DNA from: Candidatus Latescibacterota bacterium
GTDB taxonomy: Bacteria; Latescibacterota; UBA2968; UBA8231
NCBI GenBank assembly: GCA_965248355.1
Contig: OZ252098.1
Coordinates: 1,216,001 to 1,280,000 of the forward strand
Direction: 5' to 3'
DNA: 64,000 nucleotides
A model generated the notes under the pieces. It was not told where the DNA came from and searched no databases. It was given only the letters and a program-made list of their open reading frames with translations. A program made the position numbers and the translations under genes. Shown here piece after piece: positions 47,233 to 61,131 of the stretch. Position 1 is the first letter of the stretch. The number at the start of each line of letters is the position of its first letter.

Positions 47233-50200
47233 TCCCCACTCCCCGGCGAAGCCTCGGCCCCCCGTCCGGCGAGGTCCTCCTCGGCCAGCAGGAGCGGCGG
47301 CCCGTCGGCCGCTCCGTCCTTCGAGGGCTCAGCCATCTCCTCACCCACCTCGACGGAGGGCGGTGAGAAGGGGACCGCCACCTCCGCCCAGGTGCGAGCC
47401 GGTCTCTCATCGTTCCCTTCGGCCGGGTAGAAGGTGTAGCCTGCGGCGGCGGCAAGGGCGGCCGAGGCGAAGGGCTCGTCGCCCTGGTAGAGAGAGACCT
47501 CCTCGGCCTGACCGGTCACCGAAACAAGCACGTCGACATAGACGGTGATCGAATCCGTCTGGCCTGCGGGGTACTCAGGCAGGCGACTGGAGCGCAACAG
47601 CGGGGGTTCGGTTACCCCGAAATAGCGCAGAGGAAGCTCCAGAACCTCTTCCTCCGGCTCGAGCTCCAACTTCTCCAGCCCGTCGAGATCCAGCGGCTCG
47701 GACTTGGCCCCGGCGAGACCGGGGAAGAGGACGATCAGGTCCCTGACGCCCGGGGACTCCCGGTCCCGTCGCGCGATGGTGCGCAGATAGGTGTTGGCGG
47801 AGTCCTCCCGGCCTTGCCGGACGTGGTAGGCGAACAGGCGGTAGTGGGGCAGAATGGACTTGGACCGCTGCCCGAGAGCCTGACGCAGGTAGTCGACGGC
47901 GTCCTCCAGGTACCCCTGCTGCCAGTTGCTCTCCCCCAGACCGACCAGGGGCTCGCTGTTTCCCGGCCCCCCCTTTTCGTCGAGACTGAGCAGGAACAGC
48001 TCCTGGGCGGCGCTGAAGTCTCCGCGGCGCAGGGCGCGCATGCCGAAACCCACGTGATTCCTCGCCCTCGAGGTCGAGTCCTCGAACATCGGCTCCACCG
48101 CGACCAGAACGAGGCGTTGTACCGGGTCGGTTCCTTCTCTCAGGCTCTTCAACTCGCGGCCGAGCCGATCCACCACTCCGTCCCGTTCCGCCTGCCGCCG
48201 CCGGCCGACCAGATCGGCGTAGGAGCTGCCCGGGTAGAGCACCAGGATCGAATCGTACCTCGCCGCGGCGCCCGCGGAGTCGCTCTGGACGTTCTCCGCG
48301 GCCCAGGCCGCCAGAAAGGCGGCGCGGGCGGCAACCCTCGTTCCGGGGTAGGCGCCGGCCAGATCATCCAGTTCGGGCACCCAGCGCGCCGGCTCCTCGG
48401 GGAACTCGAGACGCACCCGCTCGATCTGGGCGAAGGCCTCGGCCGCCTGCTCCTCCGCCGAGGCCTGGTCAGGCAGTCCGAGATACCGCCGTGCCTCGCT
48501 CGCGTGCTCCGTGGTCGGGTGTTCGGCCACCAGGCGTTCGAGGATCGGCCGCGCCGCCGTGCTGTCGGCCCTTTGCTCGATGTGGGTCCAGGCGAGGTTG
48601 AACAGGGCCCGGGGAATCTGGGGGGACCCGGGAAAACGGTCGGCGATCGCGTTGTAGAGAACGGCCGCCGAGTCGGGGAGCCCCAGCCCTTCGCGGTATA
48701 CCTCGGCGGCGGAGAACAGGTTGTCCATCAGGGTCGGCACCTTGGAACCCGGGCGGCGCTCCAGAAGTCGTCGCCGGCGCCGTTCCCGGGCCCTCTCCTC
48801 CCCCTCCGGACCCTTTGGCCCTGGGGGCAGCCCCACCAGCGGAACCCAACGGCCGAGGGAGTCGAGGTCCGCTACGTAGCCCTCCAACCCCTCCGGTACC
48901 AGCGGCTCCGGAGCGAGAGCGGGCTCCGAACCCGGAACCTCGGTGGAATCGGCAACCTGCGCCGCAGTCGAGTCCACCGGAATCCCCGCCGCCGAGACCG
49001 CCGTGTCCGGGACCGCCGCGGCCGTCACCAGCCCCCCGACGGCGCCGAGGGAATCGCCGGCCACGATGTCCAACCCCTCCGGTACGAGCCGCTCCGGAGC
49101 GAGGGTGGGATCCGGCCCCGGAACCCCGGTGGAATCGGCGGCCTGCGCCGCAGTCGAGTCCACCGGAGTCCCCACCGATGAGACCGCCGTGTCCAGACCC
49201 GTCCCGGCCATCACCGCCCCCCCTATGGCGCCCAGGGAGCCCGGGGGCCCCGTGACGGGTTCCTGGACAGCGGCCGTGTCGGGCTCCGCTTCCGGGGAGG
49301 TCGAGAGGGACCCCGCCTGCAGAGCGGCGGCGGTGGAGTCGGCCCCGTAGATCTCCTCCAGCAGGGCGTCCAGCCGGCCCGTCGTCACCAGCATCACCCG
49401 CGCCAGTGAATCGGCCTCGGACCCGCGGCGCTCGCGGCCGACCTCCTTGAAATAATCCTGAGCCTGCGGCCGGTCTCCGCGGTCCTGCAGGTAGACCAGA
49501 CCCGTCTGATAGAGGGCCATGGCCGAGACCGCGGTCCCGGGGAAGTCGTCCCGCACGCGCTCGAACTCCTCCAGCGCCGCCGGCAGAGCTCCGCTCTCGC
49601 GGTGATACCGGCCGATGAGGATCCGCGTCTCCCCCTCCCAAGGGCGGAACCGACCTTCCCGGAGCAGGGAACGGTAGGCGTCGAGAGCCGGAACCGGCTC
49701 GCCCTGGCGGTAGAGCACGCGGCCCCGGTTCAGCCGGGCGCGGTACTTCACCGAGTCGGCGCGGGCTTCGCCGAGGGCGCGGTCGTAGGCGACGACGGCG
49801 CTGTCGAGATCCTCGGCACCGTCCAGGGCGAAGTGGGCGTTGCCGATCCGCAGCCAGAGTTGGTCGGCCAGTGGCGTGCGGGAAAAGGCGGAGAGGGTCG
49901 TGCGGTAGTCGTAGATGGCGGCGCGCAGGTCGCCCCCCGCGGCGGCCATGTCGCCGAGCTCCATGCCGGCGCGGTCACCGACATGGCTGCGCTCGAGGAC
50001 GAGGGCCGTCAGAAGGGCCCGGGCCTCTCCCGCGTGGCCCAGATCCCGCTGGCAGCGGGCCCGCCAGAGCCGGGCCCGGTCGACGTACTCGCTGTCAGGG
50101 AAGTTCTCCTCGAGATCCTGGAACGACCTGGCTCCGTAGGCGTAGTCTCGCTGCCAGTAGAGGGCCTGCCCGACGAGAAACATGGCGTCGTCGACGAGCT

Positions 50201-50469
50201 CGCTCTCGGGGTGCTTCTCCAGAACGATGGACGCCTTGCGCACCGCCTTTTCGTACAGGCTCTCGTACCCGGCGCCGCGACTGCCCCGACCGGACCCCCG
50301 GCCCAGCTCGGCCCCGCCCCGCCCTCTCTCCTCCTCGACGCGGGCCTTTTCCGCCTGACGGAAGTACTTCTCCGCGTTGTAGTAGGTGTTGAAATAGACG
50401 CACGAGGCGGTGGCGGTGAGGAACAGCCCCGCGGCCCGGGCGAGGTGCAGCGACGACCGGGACGACCGG

Positions 50470-50477
<8 letters not shown>
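47229..50477 (-). CDS. Large TPR lipoprotein with a low-complexity duplicated linker and a C-terminal TonB-C-like domain
   Basis: Lipobox [13 protein letters not shown]; many TPR helices ([21 protein letters not shown]); C-terminal PEYP...[11 protein letters not shown]...FYPA...VPF. Confidence 0.8.
48883..49238. repeat. In-frame tandem duplication, 186-bp (62-aa) period
   Basis: TCCAACCCCTCCGGTAC at 48883 and 49069; CCTGCGCCGCAGTCGAGTCCACCGGA in both copies. Confidence 0.9.
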
Positions 50478-53700
<3,223 letters not shown>

Positions 53701-53887
53701 GCTCGGGGGCGCCCCTACCCGGGGGGGCGAAGGAAGGGAATGGTCGATCGGGGAGAGGCCCGCCTGCCCGGGGACAGAAGGCCCAGATATGGCAAGAGCA
53801 GGAGCACCTTGGGCACGCCTGCTCGAAAACGCGACTGCACGGCGCCGGCTCGCAGGACCGCGAGCCTGCGTACCATCGCCTGCCGGC

Positions 53888-54442
53888 CTAGTCCTGCATG
53901 AGACCCAGCCAGACCAGCAGGATGATCAGGGCGATCGTCGTCGCATATCCAAGTCGCAGGAGCTGATCGCGGACCTGCACCCGGTCGAGGGCCCAGGTGG
54001 CCGGCCCCCGGCGGCGGCTGAAGGCCGGAGCTCTCCGCGGTTCGTCGCCCTCGCCCTGGAACCTGTGCGCATCGATCAGGCGCACGAGGGAGGGATCGTG
54101 ATCGGCGATGACACGCAGAATCGATCGCTTGCGCCGCGCGACCTTCTCGGAGAACTCCCGGGAGGCCGCCCCCTGTCCGTCCTGGTCCGTCTCTTCGACA
54201 TCGCCGACGGAAACCTCGGCAGGCCCTCCCTCGGCCTGATCGGCGATGAGCACGGTCTGCTCGCGGGCGAGGCCCTCGGTGAGTTCGCTGACGACCGTCC
54301 GGTCCTTGACGTTTTCCTGGATGACGGCGAAGCAGGCGTCGATGAAGCGCTTGAAGTCCTGCCGAATCTCCTGTTCGGAAAGGCCGAGGAGGTACGACTC
54401 CTCGATCATCTCCTCGATCGCCTCTTTGACCTTCGACGACAT
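53888..54442 (-). CDS. Hypothetical protein with one C-terminal TM helix
   Basis: [11 protein letters not shown] from ATG 54442; ends [18 protein letters not shown]; promoter-like motif upstream. Confidence 0.6.
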   Translation of the reverse strand: MSSKVKEAIEEMIEESYLLGLSEQEIRQDFKRFIDACFAVIQENVKDRTVVSELTEGLAREQTVLIADQAEGGPAEVSVGDVEETDQDGQGAASREFSEKVARRKRSILRVIADHDPSLVRLIDAHRFQGEGDEPRRAPAFSRRRGPATWALDRVQVRDQLLRLGYATTIALIILLVWLGLMQD

Positions 54443-54547
54443 ATCCTGAACTGTTTCGAGCCGTGAAAACAGGACGACCGGAGCCTCCCCGGGGGTGGGA
54501 GACCCGACCGCAGGCAGGGCGGATCGTACTGGGTACAACGTGGAGTT

Positions 54548-54576
54548 ACATTACTCGATCCCTCCGAGAGTGTCAA
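54548..54576 (-). promoter_or_regulatory. sigma70-type promoter
   Basis: TTGACA-17 nt-TAATGT overlapping the nnr stop codon. Confidence 0.55.
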
Positions 54577-56144
54577 GAAATCGCACCCTGCCCGGAGACC
54601 TCCAGCAGGGCCCGAGGGACCTGCTCGCAGATATCGCCGGCGCGCATCGACCAGGGCCCCAGCCCGTCGCGCGCGAGGTCTCCGGCGAGGCCGTGTATGT
54701 AGACGGCGCAGGCCGCCGCCGCCAGGGCCGGGACACCCTGGGCGAGGAGACCCGCCACCAGTCCGGTGAGCACGTCACCCGATCCGGCCGTGGCCATGCC
54801 CGCGTTGCCGGTGGGATTGACGAATGTGCGGCCGTCCGGGGCGGCGACCACGGTCGGCGCCCCCTTGAGCACGAGAACCACCGACCGGCCGGCGGCAAAC
54901 TCGGCTGCCAGCCCCAGGGGATCCTCCGCGATGCGGTCGGGGTCGCAGCCGCTGAGCCGCTGAAACTCCCCGGCGTGCGGCGTCAGCACCCTGTCCGGCG
55001 CCGGCCCCGGACTTGCCTCCGCCAGGGCATGCAGCGCGTCGGCGTCGACCACCGTCGGGGGCAGGTCGGGCCGGGAAAGCAGTCGTCGGACGAGCTCGCC
55101 TGTCTCTCCATGACGGCCGAGGCCGGGACCGATGGCCAGCGCCTGCGCCTTGTCCAAGAGCCGCAGCACCTCGCCGAGAGCCCTCAGGGAAAGGCACCGG
55201 GCCCGACGAACCTCCGGAAGGGGCCGGGTCATCACCTCCGTCAGCTTGGTCTCGAGGATGTCGTGGAGGCTCGCCGGCGCCCCGAGCCGCACGCGGCCGG
55301 CCCCGGCCCGCAGCGCCGCGTCGGCCGTCAGGCAGGCGGCTCCCGTCATCCCTTCGGAGCCCGCCACCACGGCGACCGCCCCGCAGGAACCCTTGTGAGC
55401 CACGGGGGATCGGCGTGGCAGGAGGCCGGCGATCCCTTCTCTCGTCAACAGATGGGAGGTGGCCGGACAGCGGGAGATGGCGCCCTCCGGGAAGCCGATG
55501 TCGACCAGCTCCAGAGCACCACAGTGGGCGCGGCCGGGGTGAAACATGTGACCCACCTTCACCAAGCCGAAGGTGACGGTCACCGCGGCTCGTACGCAGG
55601 CCCCCGCCACCGCGCCCGTGTCCGCCTGCACGCCGGACGGCAGGTCCACCGCCACCACCGGCCGGCCGCAGTCGTTGACGCTCTCGATGATCCGGGTCTC
55701 CCCTGCGCGGGGAGGACCTCTCAGGCCGGTGCCCAACAGGGCATCGATGACCAGGTCGGCCTCGCCGAGGGCCCCTGTCAGGTCCTCAGGGGGCGGACGG
55801 ACCACGGGTCCGGCCTCTGCCTCGAGCCGCTTGAGATGATGAGCTGCGTCGCCGCCGATCTCGCCCCGGGGCGCCGCCAGGTATACGGACGCGGGAACCC
55901 CCGCCTCCACCAGGCGGCGTCCGACGACGAATCCGTCGCCGCCGTTGTTGCCCTTGCCGCAGACGACGGCGACGCGCAGTCCCTCCAGGCCCGACCAGCG
56001 CTCCTGCACCGTCTGCACGACGCCGGCCCCGGCTCGCTCCATCAGCTCCGTTCCGGGTACCCCCATCTCGATCGAGAGGCGATCGATGGCCGACATCTGG
56101 CCCCCGGTCACCAGCTTCGGGAACTCCATGGGGTCCGTGTTCAT
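54573..56144 (-). CDS. nnr: Bifunctional NAD(P)H-hydrate epimerase/dehydratase (NnrE-NnrD)
   Basis: LMERAG, CGKGNNGGDG, DALLGTG, VDLPSG, HKGSCG, LTPHAGEF, ATAGSGDVLTG. Confidence 0.95.
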   Translation of the reverse strand: MNTDPMEFPKLVTGGQMSAIDRLSIEMGVPGTELMERAGAGVVQTVQERWSGLEGLRVAVVCGKGNNGGDGFVVGRRLVEAGVPASVYLAAPRGEIGGDAAHHLKRLEAEAGPVVRPPPEDLTGALGEADLVIDALLGTGLRGPPRAGETRIIESVNDCGRPVVAVDLPSGVQADTGAVAGACVRAAVTVTFGLVKVGHMFHPGRAHCGALELVDIGFPEGAISRCPATSHLLTREGIAGLLPRRSPVAHKGSCGAVAVVAGSEGMTGAACLTADAALRAGAGRVRLGAPASLHDILETKLTEVMTRPLPEVRRARCLSLRALGEVLRLLDKAQALAIGPGLGRHGETGELVRRLLSRPDLPPTVVDADALHALAEASPGPAPDRVLTPHAGEFQRLSGCDPDRIAEDPLGLAAEFAAGRSVVLVLKGAPTVVAAPDGRTFVNPTGNAGMATAGSGDVLTGLVAGLLAQGVPALAAAACAVYIHGLAGDLARDGLGPWSMRAGDICEQVPRALLEVSGQGAIS

Positions 56145-56157
56145 GCTAATAGCAGGC

Positions 56158-57399
56158 TCAGCCGTCGGTGAGTCCACGGAGGAGGAAGTCGGCATAGGTC
56201 CTGGCGGTCTGCACCAGATCGCGGAGGCTCACCCGCTCGTCGGCCCCATGGGCCCGCTCGCCGTTCACCCCGTATCCGATGCCGGGCAGACCGGCGTCGA
56301 CGAAATAGTGAAGGTCGGTGAACCCCGTCGTCACCCGGAATTCGACTGCATGTCGGCGCACGGCGCGCACGCTGCGAGCGAAGGACCGGGGCAGCACCCC
56401 GTCGCCATCGACCACGCACGGCTCGATCCGCAACAGCGACTGCACCCGGTGGCGAACCCCGGCTCGCGAGGCAGCCCTGGCCAGGGCCTCCACCAGCTCG
56501 GCCTCGGCGTCGGCCAGCCGCTCCCCGGGCAGTAGACGCCGGTCGATGGTGAAGAGCGCCCTTCCCGGGACGGTGTTCACCTTCTGGTCACGGCCGCCGC
56601 GAAAAACGCCCCCCACGTTGATCGTGGGCTGCCGGGTCCGTCCGTCGGGACCCTGCCAGCGCCGGGAGGAGTTGGCCAGTCTCCGTTTCACCGACCGCAG
56701 ATCATGGACCATCTGCGCAGTCTTCTCGAAGGCGTTGACGCCCCGCTCGGGACTGGAGGCGTGGGCCGACTTGCCCTCGACCTCCACCTCCAGCCAGAGG
56801 ACGCCGTTGTGCCCCAGTCCCACGCGGCTGCCCGACGCTCCCTCGCACTCCACCGCGTAGTCGGCCTTCACGAGCCCCTCCTTCACGATCCACCCCGCGC
56901 CCAGGGCGCCGCCGGTCTCCTCGTCGGCGGTGAAGGAGACTTCCACATTGACGGCGGGATCGACGCGGGCATGGCGCAGGGAATGCAGCGCACCAAGGAG
57001 CGCTGCGATCGAGCCCTTCATGTCTCCGGCGCCTCGTCCATACAGCCAGCCGCCCCGGGCGAACCCCTCGAAGGGAGGGGCCGTGCGCCAGTCGCCGGGT
57101 GCCACCGGCACGACGTCGTAGTGGGCGTTGAAGTGGACCGCCCGGTCGGCCCCGGCATCCCAGCGGGCGACGACGTTGTAGCGGGGATAGGCGGGATCGA
57201 TGCCGGCGGCTTCCACCTCGGCGTCGGGGACGCGGTGAACGGTGGGACGCATGCCCAGATCCCGGAGCCGGTCTTGCAAGTGCTCGGCCATCGACCGATA
57301 GCCCTCTCCCGGGGGGTTGACGGTGGCCATCCGCACCATCTTCCGAAGCTCTCTGGCCAGGCCCGCCCGGCGCTGATCCAGATGGTCCAGGGGGCTCAT
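56158..57399 (-). CDS. M20 family metallopeptidase (ArgE/DapE-like)
   Basis: FNAHYDVVP, YGRGAGDMKG, ADEETGG, AHGADE. Confidence 0.9.
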   Translation of the reverse strand: MSPLDHLDQRRAGLARELRKMVRMATVNPPGEGYRSMAEHLQDRLRDLGMRPTVHRVPDAEVEAAGIDPAYPRYNVVARWDAGADRAVHFNAHYDVVPVAPGDWRTAPPFEGFARGGWLYGRGAGDMKGSIAALLGALHSLRHARVDPAVNVEVSFTADEETGGALGAGWIVKEGLVKADYAVECEGASGSRVGLGHNGVLWLEVEVEGKSAHASSPERGVNAFEKTAQMVHDLRSVKRRLANSSRRWQGPDGRTRQPTINVGGVFRGGRDQKVNTVPGRALFTIDRRLLPGERLADAEAELVEALARAASRAGVRHRVQSLLRIEPCVVDGDGVLPRSFARSVRAVRRHAVEFRVTTGFTDLHYFVDAGLPGIGYGVNGERAHGADERVSLRDLVQTARTYADFLLRGLTDG

Positions 57400-58568
57400 C
57401 CCTTCCCCTCCTCCCGCAGCTGGGTGGAACTCACGTCCAGGCGAAACTCGGACTCCGGGATCTCCTCGAGCAGGTCGGAGAACTCCCCGGGCACCCGGAC
57501 ATCGTCGAGCCCGCGGTATTCCCCCTCCCAGGTCCGGCCCGAGACCATGAAGCGGACCCCCAGATCGCGGAGCTCTCCAAGGGCCCGCTTCATGTCTTCG
57601 CGCTTGCCAGCGTAGTAGGCGGGCTCCAGGAGACGTAGCGCCGTGTCGAAGCCGATGGCGAACCAGCAGCCCGGGAAGATCCTGGCCTTGCCAAGGAAGG
57701 TCGGCTCACGAGTGAGCAACAGACTCCTCCCGCCCCGTGGCTGGTCCGCCCGGGCCAGGATTTCGCGGTAAGCCAGCGGGTTCTTGTCCACGTTCTCCAC
57801 GGAGAGCTCGAAGAAGGCCCTTCGGCCGCTGCGGCGCTCGGCCGCCGCCGCCAGCCCGGCGTGCCCGCCGTGGAAGGGGTTGAAGGAGCCGGGGACGATG
57901 ATCGCCCTCTCCGCTGACGGGTCCGGCCGGCCGGGGACCCCGGGCTCGTCCATCTCGACGGCTTCCAGACGCCCCTCCAGCAGGGCCTCGAGGGCTTCGT
58001 CAACGGCCGCAGCCGAACCCTCGACCCGGACCCAGGACGGCAGGACGGGTCTGCTTGCATCTTCGTCGACAGCGCCCGAAGCCGCGGCGCACCGGGCCAG
58101 GAGAACGGCACTGAGCACCTCCTCCTGGGAGAGCCGGTCAGAGGCCCCGGAGTCGAAACGGAGGCTGGCAAAGGAGTAGACGCGGGGTCCCCGGGTGCAC
58201 ACGAAGGCCTGGTCCCGGCCCTTGCGCACCCGGTCGGTGGCCAGGGCGGCCGTGGCGCCGACGCCGATGGCCCCGCCATTCCGGGAAAGACGCAGGGCCC
58301 GGCCCCGGGCCGTGGCGGCGAGAACCCGGGCCGTCTCCTCCCGTACTCGATGGGGACCGGGCCTGCCGAGATAGTCGGCCACCGCTTCGAGGAAATACGG
58401 CACCTGAACCTCGACCATGACACGCGATGCTCCGGGATGATTGAGCAGCCAACTGATCCCGCGGGAACCTCCGCCGGTGACCGCCACGGACAGGGGCCTG
58501 CCGGCCGCAAGGATGCCGTCCACCATGTCCCAGGCCCAGGTTTCGAGGTCGTCGGCCGAATCGGTCAC
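57396..58568 (-). CDS. CinA/PncC-like domain fused to an HxGH nucleotidyltransferase domain
   Basis: VTGGGS...PGAS...GVGATAAL, then PGSFNPFHGGH, GFDTALRL, DVSSTQLR; GTG 58568 overlaps the upstream stop. Confidence 0.75.
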   Translation of the reverse strand: MTDSADDLETWAWDMVDGILAAGRPLSVAVTGGGSRGISWLLNHPGASRVMVEVQVPYFLEAVADYLGRPGPHRVREETARVLAATARGRALRLSRNGGAIGVGATAALATDRVRKGRDQAFVCTRGPRVYSFASLRFDSGASDRLSQEEVLSAVLLARCAAASGAVDEDASRPVLPSWVRVEGSAAAVDEALEALLEGRLEAVEMDEPGVPGRPDPSAERAIIVPGSFNPFHGGHAGLAAAAERRSGRRAFFELSVENVDKNPLAYREILARADQPRGGRSLLLTREPTFLGKARIFPGCWFAIGFDTALRLLEPAYYAGKREDMKRALGELRDLGVRFMVSGRTWEGEYRGLDDVRVPGEFSDLLEEIPESEFRLDVSSTQLREEGKG

Positions 58569-59988
58569 AGCAGGCCGAAGAAGTCGATTACGCCGCGCAC
58601 GCCCCACCCGGTGAGGAACAGACCGCTCAGAATATTGAGGGCCAGGAGCAGCCGGCCCATGCGTAGCGCGGGCGGCAGCCGCGTGCGGTCGGTCCACACC
58701 ATCAACAGGCACCAGAGACCGCAGGTCAGCACGCCGCCGAAGATCGCCGCGGGCGTCACGATCTCCACCGGATTCCCGCCGAGCCACATGATGGCCACGC
58801 CGCCGATCCCGCAGTAGGCACGACCCACGGCCGCAGGCGCCGGAGAGGCATCCGGCGGATCCTGCGGAACAGGGGCCGCAGACACTCGTGGGTGGTTCGC
58901 ACGTAGAGTTCGTAGGCGCCGAGAATGGTGCCGAAGAACGCGGTGAAGACGCCGGCCTGGTACACGTACACCAGCTTGGGATGCAGCCCGGTCAGAAAGG
59001 CGGACTGCACCGACAGCAGCTGCAGCCCGGAGGGCACGATCTGCTGGGGATGCAGGAGCGCAGCGCCGAGGATCATGAAGGCCATGGTGAAGACCACCAC
59101 GCAGAGAAAGCTGCCCCCCGTGTCGGCCAGCGGGGCCCGCAGCCAGGCTCGTCCCCGGGCGATGTTGGTCTCGTCGTCTGCTATGGCGACACCCTCCCGT
59201 CCGCCCCGCGGGGGCCGGCCGAGAAGCCCCCACCCCTTCTCCCGGAGCATGCCGATGTAGCCGAAGTAGTCCTGGGTCCCGCCGCCGATGGCTCCGAGAT
59301 AGGTCCCGAGCTCGAGCCAGGGGGAACGCCCCGCGATGGCTGGGTATTTCGCGCTCACCCAGGGGTGGTAGGCGGGAAGAGACGGAACCAGACTTCCCTG
59401 CAACGCCGCGAGCCAGTCGGGACGGCACGCGAACATGGCCATCAGGATGAACAGGAGAAGGACACCGACGATCACCGTTTGCGTGCGCTCGAGTGCTCCG
59501 TAGCTCTGCACCAGGGTCAGGAGGATCGCGGCAGCGACGAACAGGGTACCCCAGACCCTCCCGTCGGACCACGGGCCCGTCCCGGCCTCGAGCCCCCCGA
59601 TCCAGACCACCAGGCCGCCGAGCATCTTGGGCAGCCCCGACAGCCACAGGGGGAAGCACAGGATCGTCATCGCCGACAGGACGTACACGGCCCAGCCCTC
59701 GGGGCCGGGAAGGTACTTCCAGCCCTCCATCGGATGCTCTCCGGTGAGGGTCATGTAGCGGGCGGCCGTATAGACCTGGACGAACTTCATCAGTCCGCCG
59801 CCGATGAAGCACCACAGCAGGGCGTACCCGAACAGGGCGCCGCCCCGGGAGGCGAAGACGGTCTCGCCGCTGCCGATGGTGACCGAGGCGATGATGGCGC
59901 CGGGTCCGAAGGACCGCAGGAGGGCTTCCACCCTCCGGCCGGTCAGCTGAGAAGGTGGTTCGGGGTAACGGTTGTCCACGGGGGCCAA
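58565..59988 (-). pseudogene. Nramp-like (APC fold) membrane transporter with one frameshift near the 3' end
   Basis: FGPGAIIASVTIGSGE, GYALLW, YMTLTGE; last two TM helices continue in another frame near 58819. Confidence 0.7.
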
Positions 59989-60044
59989 CGAAACCTGCGG
60001 TGCCAGAGGTTGTCAATCTCCTTCGCAGCGCGGATTATCTCATC

Positions 60045-60959
60045 ATGACCATCGATCGCGCCGTGATCCCGGTGGCCGGTCTCGGGACGCGGCTGCTGCC
60101 CACGACCAAGGCCGTGCCCAAGGAGATGCTGCCCGCGGGACGCCTGCCGATCATCCACCACGTCGTGGAGGAGCTGATCGCCGCCGGCATCCGCCGCATC
60201 CTGTTCGTCAGCAGTCGCCAGAAGGGGGCGATCGAGAACCACTTCGACGACTACTCGTCGCTCCTGATGCACCTGGAGCTCGACGGGCGCGACGTGCGCG
60301 AGATGGGCCGTTTCGACTACCGCCAGCGCGGTATCGAGTTCTTCTTCACCCGGCAGCAGGTACCTCTGGGCGAGACGAAGCCCCTCGGCACCGGAGACGC
60401 CGTCGCCTCGGCGGAGAGCTTCGTCGGCAGCTCCGACTTCGTCGTCGCCTACGGGGACAGCATCATCGCCTCCACGAACCCGCCCGGCCTCGTGGAGCGG
60501 ATGATCCGGTCCCACGGGAAGCACCGGTCCGCGTGCACCATCGGCGCCTGGGAGGTGACACAGAAGATGGTGAGCAACTACGGCATCCTGGTGCCCGATC
60601 CGAAGGAAGCCGACCCGGCCGACAGCCGCCTGGCCGACATCATCGAGAAGCCGGCTCCCGGGACCACGGACAGTCGACTGGCCGTGAGCGCCCGCTACGT
60701 GTTCACGCCGGAGATCTTCGACCGGATCCGCTCCGTAGCGCCCTCCGAAACCGGGGAGATCTACCTGACCGAGGCGATCCGCCGGCTGATCGAGGAGAGA
60801 CGAGAGGTCCGCGCCGTGCGGCTCCGGGAGGACGAGACGCGCTACGACATCGGCAACCACTCCGCCTACTTTCGGACATTCATCGACTTCGCTCTGAACG
60901 ACCCGGAGTGGGGAGAGGACACGGCCGAATACCTCGCCAGGAAGCTGGCCAGGCGGTAG
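60045..60959 (+). CDS. galU: UTP--glucose-1-phosphate uridylyltransferase
   Basis: AVIPVAGLGTRLLPTTKAVPKEMLP, IENHFD, GEIYLTEAI, RYDIG. Confidence 0.85.
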   Translation: MTIDRAVIPVAGLGTRLLPTTKAVPKEMLPAGRLPIIHHVVEELIAAGIRRILFVSSRQKGAIENHFDDYSSLLMHLELDGRDVREMGRFDYRQRGIEFFFTRQQVPLGETKPLGTGDAVASAESFVGSSDFVVAYGDSIIASTNPPGLVERMIRSHGKHRSACTIGAWEVTQKMVSNYGILVPDPKEADPADSRLADIIEKPAPGTTDSRLAVSARYVFTPEIFDRIRSVAPSETGEIYLTEAIRRLIEERREVRAVRLREDETRYDIGNHSAYFRTFIDFALNDPEWGEDTAEYLARKLARR

Positions 60960-61054
60960 CCGGCACGGAGGACGGGCCGATCCATCCCCGGGGCCGAGCC
61001 GGACCGATGGGAGTCGATGCCCCGGTCCGCAGGCCGGCGACGCTGCCGTCGGCG

Positions 61055-61082
61055 TTGACAGCCATCGACCCCTCCATATCTT
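61055..61082 (+). promoter_or_regulatory. sigma70-type promoter of the nitrite/sulfite reductase gene
   Basis: TTGACA-16 nt-TATCTT. Confidence 0.7.
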
Positions 61083-61131
61083 AACGCACTGATTTTCAAG
61101 GGAATAGGCCATCCGATCAGGTGGAAGAACC

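Noticed and set aside
48883..49238. Repeat considered as a CRISPR array or mobile element
   Set aside because: Two degenerate in-frame coding units with no spacers, terminal repeats, cas genes or transposase.
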